DNA from: Gekko japonicus
Lineage: Eukaryota
Length of the DNA: 64,000 bases
Reading direction: 5' to 3'
Assembly (NCBI RefSeq): GCF_001447785.1
Contig: NW_015172553.1
Location: 3,153,731 to 3,217,730 of the forward strand
The position numbers and the translations under genes are program-made. Below are positions 56,601 to 64,000 of this stretch, in pieces. Position 1 is the first letter of the stretch. Each line of letters starts with the position of its first letter. The notes under the pieces are model-generated. The model did no database searches. It was not told the origin of the DNA and worked only from the letters and a program-made list of their open reading frames with translations.

Positions 56601-59281
56601 CCCATTCCTATTTCTGGGGATTGTTCTTTCCTATGGAGAATTCTGGAAGGGGAAGATATTATGAAACTATAGGTATGTTGGCATGGAGCAGCAGGGAGAC
56701 TGATGCATGGAGAGAGGTAGACATTTCAAAGCAAAGAAGGCTGCTCAATTACCATGCAGTCAAAAATGAGTTTAGAAACTTTCATGTTTGATTATTTTAT
56801 TTTACATTGATAGCCCACCTGTTTGTGGGGGTGGGGGTTAAAAAATGAGCAAAAAGCAACCTGCCATGGGCTCTTCTACACGGCCAACACTGGTAGCTGG
56901 GCAACAGAGATGCTTCCGTAGGCAAAGCAGCCTGAAGGGCTCTGCTGCTGTGCCAGAGCTTTCCCTTTGTCCTGTCATGAATATTTCCTTCACAAATATA
57001 TTGTTAAAATGCAGCTGATTCTCCATCGGCTTACAGCAAAAGGAGCAGGTACATCAGTACAGAATGACAGTCAAGTCCAGTCTTGACTTGCTACAGACAT
57101 TGTGCAGAACTTGTTAGAGTCTCTTGGCATGCCAAACTGTGCACATTTGAAATGAAAGAGCTCTGCTGAGACTTCTTGCTAACCACTCCATTCTCTCCCC
57201 AGGCCGTGGGCATTTCAGTGGAGTTTGTATCCCATATCACCCGCTCTTTTGCCATCAGCACCAGGCCCACCAAGCTAGAAAGGGCCAAAGAGGCTACTAT
57301 TAATATGGGCAGTGCGGTGAGTACAGTAGCGGGACCAATGTGGGAAAAGGTCATTTGGACACTATTGTTGTTCCTGGAGCATACTGGGTTTTGGGGTGCC
57401 ACCAGAGGATGTGGCAAGGAAGAGAGAGCCCAACCTTCATGGCTGTTGGATAAGGTAACTTCTTCATCCAATCTGTTGTCATAGCCTCCCCCAACACACT
57501 CACTACCACCCTTCTCCATTGCAGGGACCTGAAGTCCTGCCCCTGACCTGCCCTCATTCTTGCTATGGCTAGGAATCCCCTTCAAGGTCCCCATCTAAAT
57601 GGACTCTGTCCTAATAGATAGGTCATCCCAAGTTACCTTGGAACTGATGCAAGAGCTAGTCAGCTTTTGTTCTTGGTAATTGCTTGTGTCCGTGTGATGT
57701 AATTTGGTGCCATGCTTGAGAAGATACCCAAAGCTTGTCCTGGGCAATCCTAGCAGCACAGTAGATGGCTTCAAGAGGGATTTAGATAAACATGTGGAGC
57801 AGAGGTCCATCGGTAGCTATTAGCCCCAAGGTATAGATAGGAACTCTCAGGCTGGGGCAAGTGATGCTCTGTATTCTTGGTGCTGGGGGGGGGGCAACAG
57901 TGGGAGGGCTTCTAGTGTCCTGGCCCCACTGCTGGACCTCCTGATGGCACCTGGTCTTTTTGGCCACTGTGTGACAGTGTTGGACTGGATGGGCCACTGG
58001 CCTGATCAAGCACTGGCTTATCTTATGTTCCAAGTCCCATGGTCCAGTGCTGCCCATTTGATGTGACATGCTGGGCATGTTTGTTCTCTTTTTCCTTCAG
58101 GTTTTTGCTGGCGTGGCAATGACCAACCTACCCGGCATTGTGGTCCTGGCCTTTGCCAAGGCACAGCTGGTCCAGCTTTTCTTCTTCCGCGTCAACCTCC
58201 TCATCACTGTGCTGGGCATGCTGCATGGCCTCATTTTCCTGCCTGTCGTCCTCAGCTATTTTGGTAAGCCCACAACCTCTCCCAGCCAGCCTTGTTTCCC
58301 TTTCCTTCCTGGCCATGCTCCACAAGGCAATGAGACTGAAATTCTGGGGGAAATGATGTTCTGAGGGAAGCAGGGCATGAGAGCCTCTGGCAAAACTCGG
58401 AGGGTGAAGGCATCACTTCGGGTGGCTGTTTCCTACAGAACTAGGGTGGATGGATGCCCCCCCTCCTCCACTGCTACAGGAAATATCTCACTAGTACAAT
58501 ACATACATTCTGTACCACTGCCTGTCTTCCCACTGTCTGCGATGTGTGTGTTTTCACGGATGCACTTATCAGCAAATACTGTGCTGCTTGAGTCATTTGT
58601 TCTATATCTGCTTCAGACCTTTAAAACGTTTTTAAAGCACCACTTGCAAGTTCTTCCTATTTAACCCCCCCCCCCGGGTCTATTTAAAAACACATTTTAA
58701 AGATAAAATTGAGCTGTGTGAGGTAGGGGATAAGGAATTCTCAGCCAGTTGGCTTCTGCCCATCCAGACAGAACCAATTTCCCCAGGAAGATGAGTGCAT
58801 TTCTACAGCCAATTCACCGCTCAATGCTGGACAGTAGCTGTCCCAGAGAGAGACATTACATTGCACTGAGCCTTTCATTCAGGCCAGGGTACGTGGTACC
58901 ACACCTCCTTCTCTGGCCTGCTCTAACCCTTTCCTTCTTCCATCATCAGGGCCCAGTGTCAACCAGGCTTGGGTACAGGCACAACAGCAGAGAGTGGGCA
59001 GCCTGGCCGTGAGCAACCCTGCTTTTGAAGGAAAACAGAGCCCAAGTGAAAGTGTCTCTCCCAGACACTGCCAGCCTCTGGAAACAGGCTCAGATTCCAG
59101 GGGAAACCATGAAGAGGGAAAGGACCTGAACAGCAAAAACGGAAGGGTTTGGACAGTCACCACGAAGAAGGAGTCAACTTGCAGAACAGCCTCAGCGCCA
59201 GGCACAGACTCTGGGAAAGGTGTGCAACATCCAGCCTCCGCTGTGGAAGGCAATCACATCAGCAGGACAAGGCAGGCCTAG
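32641..59281 (+). CDS. NPC1L1: NPC1-like intracellular cholesterol transporter 1, 19 exons; frameshifted in exon 4 as assembled (1377 aa if the 8-bp duplication is removed)
   Basis: Exons 32641-32703 (signal peptide [21 protein letters not shown]), 36057-37594, 42805-42905, 44752-44932 (+8 nt), 45420-45548, 46871-47053, 47531-47645, 49212-49339, 49535-49672, 49819-49908, 50243-50433, 53106-53218, 53390-53513, 54312-54367, 54651-54801, 55433-55664, 57203-57316, 58101-58263, 58950-59281. Cys-rich N-terminal domain (RCPSCAENF), [10 protein letters not shown], sterol-sensing domain ([19 protein letters not shown]), ASRFMAYH. The large exon 2 and the synteny distinguish it from NPC1. Exon 1 and the exon 2 acceptor are less certain. 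Confidence 0.93.
33068..33286. mobile_element. hAT MITE (TAGGGTTGCC family)
   Basis: TIRs TAGGGTTGAC / GGCAACCCTA; near-perfect TSD ACTTCACA / ACTCCACA. Confidence 0.8.
33377..33578. mobile_element. hAT MITE (CAGGCCCGTAG TIR family)
   Basis: TIRs CAGGCCCATAGCTA / TAACTACGGGCCTG. 8-bp TSD ATTGCTGG at 33369-33376 and 33579-33586. Confidence 0.85.
33595..33914 (-). mobile_element. Sauria SINE (older copy)
   Basis: Collinear with the reverse complement of 20161-20500. Confidence 0.8.
34804..35163 (-). mobile_element. Sauria SINE
   Basis: AAAGGTAAAGGTTCCC tail through ...CCACCGCAGCTCC head; highly similar to 20161-20500. Confidence 0.88.
39755..40169. mobile_element. hAT MITE (CAGGGGTCATTTC family) carrying a short Penelope-type 3' fragment
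   Basis: TIRs CAGGGGTCATTTC / GAAATGACCCCTG. 8-bp TSD AGTATAGT at 39747-39754 and 40170-40177. Confidence 0.88.
41994..42434 (+). mobile_element. Inverted-repeat retro-insertion (Penelope-like element footprint) inside a hAT MITE
   Basis: Arms 41994-42154 and 42250-42408, 95-nt spacer, 26-nt unpaired tail. 15-bp TSD GTTTTCTCCAGGGGA at 41982-41996 and 42435-42449. The structure is seen directly; the Penelope assignment is inferred. Confidence 0.65.
44228..44463 (+). mobile_element. tRNA-derived SINE (Squam3-like) inserted in a Penelope-type 3' fragment
   Basis: GAGAGCCAGTTTGGTATAGCGGTTAAG head and TTC tail. Flanks TAGCTGTGTTAGTCTG / GAGTCCAGTAACACCTTAAAG. Confidence 0.7.
46597..46842 (+). 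mobile_element. tRNA-derived SINE (Squam3-like)
   Basis: Full head and body; (TTC)n tail ends about 30 nt upstream of the NPC1L1 exon 6 acceptor. Confidence 0.8.
47263..47433. mobile_element. hAT MITE (CAGGCCCGTAG-type TIR)
   Basis: 8-bp TSD GCTGGGAC at 47255-47262 and 47434-47441; imperfect TIRs CAGCCCCATAGTTA / TAGCTACGGGCCAG. Confidence 0.7.
47886..48447 (-). mobile_element. L2 LINE 3' fragment
   Basis: ORF 48183-48455 (GPAYLRD...RALRS...[16 protein letters not shown]...[10 protein letters not shown]) is the L2 ORF2 end; (TAAA)n tail. Confidence 0.85.
50558..51275 (+). mobile_element. Solo LTR (718 bp) in NPC1L1 intron 11
   Basis: TGTAATGA...TCGTGGCA termini; 5-bp TSD TGGGG at 50553-50557 and 51276-51280; internal TGATTGG box. 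Confidence 0.6.
55666..56610. mobile_element. Degenerate DNA-transposon-like element with internal CTGCTGGGC-containing repeats
   Basis: Right end TTTGTGCCCATTCCTA resembles TAGGGATGGGC-type TIRs. Repeated ~27-bp units at 55980-56300. Left end eroded. Confidence 0.4.
57757..58030 (+). mobile_element. CR1 LINE 3' end
   Basis: [19 protein letters not shown] followed by a 3' UTR matching the reverse complement of 30696-30905. Confidence 0.85.
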
Positions 59282-59467
59282 AGAAGGACCCAGCTGCTAC
59301 GTTCAATGTATATGCATGTTTGTGGCGTGTCTACACAACAGAACTCATGCTGCTAGCCTAACCATCTGACAGTAAGCGATCTGGCATCTCCCTGACAATC
59401 CCTATCCTAAGTTTTCAAACTGGAAACACGTGTGCTTGTTTTTACCAGACAGAAGAGCAGCTCCTCC

Positions 59468-60102
59468 CGTAAGCTAGAGAGAGAGGAATGGGAAAAAACA
59501 TGGAAATCTATTAAACTATTAAGAGCTACGTCCTACAAAGAAAATATAATAAAAATGATATACAGATGGCACTGGATGCCAGATAGGCTGCAAAAATGTT
59601 ATGTAAATGTTTCAGGGAACTGCTGGAGGTGTAAAAATAACATAGGAACGCATTTCCATATATGGTGGAAATGCGAGAAAATACAAAGATTCTGGAAAAC
59701 TACTAAGCAGTTGATAAAAGATATTACAGAAATAGACTTACTGTACCATTGAGCCCAGAAATCTTTTTATTAAACATTACACCTGACGGTCTTAAATATA
59801 ATGAAACATGTATTATTGCATATGTAGCTACAATGTCGAGAATATGTATCGCAAAGAATTGGAAGTCGGATAATATACCGAGTAAAGAAGAGTTGATAAG
59901 CAAGCTTTTTGACGTAATAGAAATGGATAAATTAAATATGTACTTGGTGGGAAAAACAGAAGATAAATTTAACCAAAAATGGCATAAGGCCATAAAATGG
60001 TACGAAGAAAAACTGTAATGTTAACCCCCAAATTGTTATTAAAGGGGAGATAAATGTATGTAAATGATGGGAAAACTGTAAATAAAACCTATATATAAAA
60101 AA
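59468..60102 (+). mobile_element. L1-clade (L1/Tx1-type) LINE 3' fragment just downstream of the NPC1L1 stop
   Basis: ORF2 C-terminal zinc knuckle CWRCKNNIGTHFHIWWKC with one frameshift near 59750. AATAAA 60081-60086 and polyA tail. 17-bp TSD AGAAGAGCAGCTCCTCC at 59451-59467 and 60103-60119. Confidence 0.9.
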
Positions 60103-60931
60103 AGAAGAGCAGCTCCTCCTAGTGGAACAATAGAGCAAATGGCAAAATGGGCATCAGGCGGCTGCTTCACCCCCATTTCAGAACTCTAGAAACTACTGAT
60201 TTCAAAACGAGCATTACTCTCACTTTTAGGGACTGCTTACACAAAATACACTGGTATATTTTCAGTGTTGTAGAAGTCTCACTTCCAGATGCTAAAATTT
60301 CCAGAATGCTGAAACTTTGTAGAAGAAAGCTGGAATTGTACCAACTAGTTATAGTGGAAGGAGCTGCTTCTGCCTAAGGCACATCAGTTCTATCTCCCCA
60401 TGAACTAGGTGTACTTGGGGAGGATTTACATTTCCTTCCCAAGATGCTGTCTACATGACTGTCAGTCAGGCCAAGGGCATTTGTACTTTTAAATGTCATA
60501 AATATGCCAAATAGCAGAATTTTATATGCTAAGTTATGGATGACATGATTTGTTGTAAAAGCAGTAAAAAATGTTTAAGTTTGATAAAAAATCATTATTG
60601 CATATGTTTCAGTTCATCCCATGGCTTCAAACATTATACAAGTTTTACATCTCTAACAGATGATGTGATAAAAAGTGGAGGCTTTCATGGTAATTAAATA
60701 ATCTCTTCCATTTAAAAAAAAAACCCCTCTTTTTCTGTGTTCTCTTGTGCCTTAATATGCTTGGTGTCGACAAGTGTGTTTTCAATTCCCATATTTATTT
60801 AGAAAATGTATATATTGCTTGTCTGCAGACCAGTTCGTGGAGACGCACAAGGTAAAAACAATTAGTACAATAAAAACAACAACAATCAAGTACCATAACA
60901 GAAAACCACTGGAAGATACGGTGGTCCTATT

Positions 60932-61135
60932 CAGTGTTCCCTCTAAGCTGAGTTAGTGTGAGCTAGCTCAGTTTTTTAGCCTCCAGCTCACACATTTTTG
61001 CCTTAGCTCAGGAAGGAGGGCTCCAGAGCAGACTAATTTATGCAGTAGCCAAATTGCTCGCTCACAACTTGAGTGCCAGGAGCTCACAGAGGAGAATTTT
61101 TGCTCACAAGACTCCACAGCTTAGAGGGAACATTG
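60932..61135. mobile_element. hAT MITE (CAGTGTTCCCTCTAAGCTG family)
   Basis: TIRs plus 8-bp TSD GTCCTATT at 60924-60931 and 61136-61143. Confidence 0.88.
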
Positions 61136-61625
61136 GTCCTATTACGAAGTGAAACCGAAAGTTCTTTTGCATTAAATGCCCCCGGGCTTCGATTTCAACA
61201 CAGCACAAAGTGTAACAGGGAAATGTGCCAGCCCCATAAGAGTGCTCAGCTCTCATCTGTTGCAGCATGGAATGTTGCTGGTAGATTTAGCGCCCAAAGC
61301 TTTTCCTACTGTATATCTACTGATCCCCTTGGGGCCTGTACTGCATTGCTTCCTTATCCCTTTTCAAGTTTCCTTCTTTGTCCTCTTTTGCCCTGTTCAC
61401 GCTCCTTCTTTTCCATTCTTTGCTTCTGGTTTTTTGAATACGCTACCTCATATTGCTTCTGAGGTCAGCTCTGAGGTGTGCTCTCAAAACACAGGAAGGA
61501 TGGAAAGGTTGCACTAGCAACAAGATTGGGATATGTACGTGATGCCAGGTTCCAGCTGCCTCCAGCAAAGTCTGGGGAATAGCTGCAATCTAAAGGACAA
61601 GGGCCTCCTGAGCTTGTAGAACATA

Positions 61626-61712
61626 TTTAGAGTCCAGTGGCACCTATAAGACCAACAAAGGTTTATTCAAGGTATGAGCTTTTGTGCGCATGCACACTTT
61701 TTCAAATACCCT
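61626..61712 (-). mobile_element. Penelope-type 3' end with a decayed minimal type-I hammerhead ribozyme (61671-61710)
   Basis: Minus strand: GGTAT-TTGAAAA-A-GTGTGCATGCGCAC-AAAA-GCTC-ATACC, followed by GAATAAAC...TTGGTCTTATAGGTGCCACTGGACTC. Confidence 0.65.
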
Positions 61713-61900
61713 GGAATGGAAGGTCCAAACTTATAGACAGGGGCTGAACAGCAAATGAACATGTAACATGATGAAAATGTTTTAAGATATGTGAAGACAA
61801 AACTAAATAACAAGGTTATAAGGTCAACAGGTATGAAGCAATAAATATGTCAAAATAAGACTGAGATTGTCCATTCATTGCTCTCAGGCATGGAAGTAAC

Positions 61901-64000
61901 TTTTTTAAAAAATGAGTATATATTTTTATTTATTTAGTCTGTTACATCGAATATTTGTAGCTATTTACAGTTTCACCCCTTTCCTCCCTCCCTCCCTCCC
62001 TTTTAATCTTCGTCTTTTCACCCCAGCCATGGGCACAAAGTCTTAATCTTCCACTGAATGTCTTTTCTTCTTTCTTTCAGTATCCAATCTAGGTAGGTCT
62101 TCCATCTGGTCTTGATTTCCGTCAATTTTTCTTCCCATGTTGTTCCCTTGTTGATTGATACCACGATATCTGACTGTATAAAGTCAAACAAATAGTTGTG
62201 CCAGATTTCTATTATCCATTTACTTTTGTCTTTCCAACCCAGAGCTATAACCGCCTTTCCCGCCAGTATCATAGCCTTAACTAGATTTAGAGTAGTCCTA
62301 TCCAATAACGGGCTTCCTATTGTACTTAACAACATTAGATTAAAGTCTATGGTTAATGTTATATTGCATACTTTTCTAATAATTTCAATAATTTCCCTCC
62401 AGAAGGTTTTTACTTCTGCACATTCCCACCACATGTGTGCATACCAGCCTTTAGAATGTTTACAGTGCCAGCACAGCGAACTCAATCCGGGAATCATATT
62501 AGCTAGCTGTGCTGGTGTCTTATACCATTTTGTAAGGAATTTATATTCAAGTTCTTTAAATCTGGTTACTTTGATATCTTCTATTCCTTTCATAATTTTA
62601 TCAACCTCCTCTCTGTTATCTGACCTTCATGGCACCATCTCTTTTGTAAGTATTCTGTTATTTTATCTTTATTTGTTAACATCTTTCTATATCTTTTTCC
62701 TACCAGTCCCTTTTTCTGCTTGGCCATTTCTTTGTATATTACTTCCATTGGTGCATCTGTCCAGAGGTCTTCCTTTTCGCTAATCATTTTAACTGTCTTA
62801 TATAGCCCTGCTATTTTTAACTAATATAGGCTGCGGTCACACGGAACATTAGCCACGCTACAGAGACGGAAGATAGGCGGATTTTCTGGGCGCGATCACA
62901 CCACCACATCTGGGAAGCGTAGAGCTCCTGTGCCGAACCCGAGGCTTCCCGCCAAAGATGCGGGGTAAAAAACTAGTACCTCCGAGGTACTAGTTTCCGG
63001 AAACTGCGGGGCAAGGGCGGACACCTGATCGCATTTCCGGTGGAATCCCGTGGCATCCAGCGCCCGCCCATGTCCCGTCGCGAACAGGTTTTTCCCCCCC
63101 AAGTCTCCACAGGATGCGCACAAGCGTCCAACGGCGCATGTGCACAAAGATGCCCCCTCCCACTGCAGCCAGGCTTGCCGCCTCTGGAGAGTCGCTATGG
63201 CCACTGTCGCGCAGGCAGTTAGAGCGGCTGTGATGAGGGGGCCCACCTCCCCCTCCATTGGTTATGCCTCGGAGCTCTGTTGGGGTCCGGAAGCGTCTCC
63301 GGTAAGCCCACCACCCGCCTTCGGATGTGCAGATACGATTGCTCAGTCATATGTATACACAAACTTCAGGTTTTTTTAAAAAAATCCATCCCGTTTGCCA
63401 CGGAAACAGCGCCTAGCGATTGCTGGTGTGATCGCGCCGCACCGCTTCTTTGCCGCTCTGCAGGATAGTCGTGTGATCAGCACCTCCCCCCTAAACACGG
63501 GACCTCGACGGGACGTGTGATTGTGCAACCGCACGTTATTTTGCTCCGGGACAAACAGCCACGCTTCCCCCCCGCATTTTCCTGCCCGTGTGACTGGGGC
63601 CATTGTTTGCCTATCTCTTCTGTTATTTCCTGTAAGGGTTTTAGATTTCCACCACTAAACATATCACCCACTCTATAATAACCTTTAATTTTTAGCATTT
63701 CCCACCATTTAATTTCTTGCAGTTTCAAGGGGTGCCCATCTTGAAACTTTTCCTAGCCAGTGGGGTTGACATTTCTTCCAGATTTCTGATGCTCTTCTAG
63801 GGCCTATTGTTAGTTTTAAGTCTTTTGTCGTTACTATAGAAAAGATGCCAAATCTACCTATATTACTATTGATTTCATTCTCAAAATTAACCCACTTCTG
63901 TGCCTTTTCCTCGCCTATTTCTAATAATGGTTTTAGCTGAAAAGCTTCATAATAGTTGTTTAGGTCCGGGATTCCCCATCCTAATTCTGATTTGTGACTA
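61901..64000 (-). mobile_element. L1-clade LINE (ORF2 3' part and 3' UTR), continues beyond the window
   Basis: ORF 62018-62593 with CWHCKHSKGWYAHMWWEC; upstream ORF2 pieces run to the window end; G-rich 3' UTR, AATAAA and polyA near 61901. Confidence 0.88.
62829..63601. mobile_element. CpG-rich non-autonomous DNA element with nested inverted repeats (Harbinger-like?) inserted in the L1
   Basis: Outer imperfect TIRs GGCTGCGGTCACACGG / CCGTGTGACTGGGGCC; inner 15-bp IR 62889-62903 / 63424-63438; interrupts the AT-rich L1 ORF2. Confidence 0.65.

Overview
This is vertebrate nuclear DNA from a squamate, probably a gecko (inferred from Sauria, Squam3-like and 5S-derived SINEs). It carries the conserved TMED4 - DDX56 - NPC1L1 block, all on the + strand, in the same order and relative orientation as human 7p13. 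I reconstructed all coding exons by hand: TMED4 (5 exons, 229 aa, intact), DDX56 (14 exons, 548 aa, intact) and NPC1L1 (19 exons). The most consequential observation is an 8-bp tandem duplication (AGCAGGAA x2, 44881-44896) in NPC1L1 exon 4. It shifts the frame and creates a stop in exon 5, upstream of the sterol-sensing domain, while every other exon and splice site is clean. That points to a recent loss-of-function allele, incipient gene loss, or an assembly error. The DDX56-NPC1L1 intergenic region holds a decayed DIRS1-type tyrosine-recombinase retrotransposon (25931-30549). Its ITR/ICR architecture is complete, it has an adenine-methyltransferase-like domain, most of its RT is deleted, and it contains nested insertions. 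Other notable structures: a Penelope-style inverted repeat with a 15-bp TSD, a 289-bp foldback next to a DDX56 splice acceptor, an L1-clade 3' fragment with its own AATAAA just after the NPC1L1 stop, a decayed hammerhead ribozyme, several hAT MITE families with 8-bp TSDs, and a hAT transposase remnant. There is one assembly gap (31552-31873). TE family names and human comparisons come from my recall of consensus features, not from a database search.
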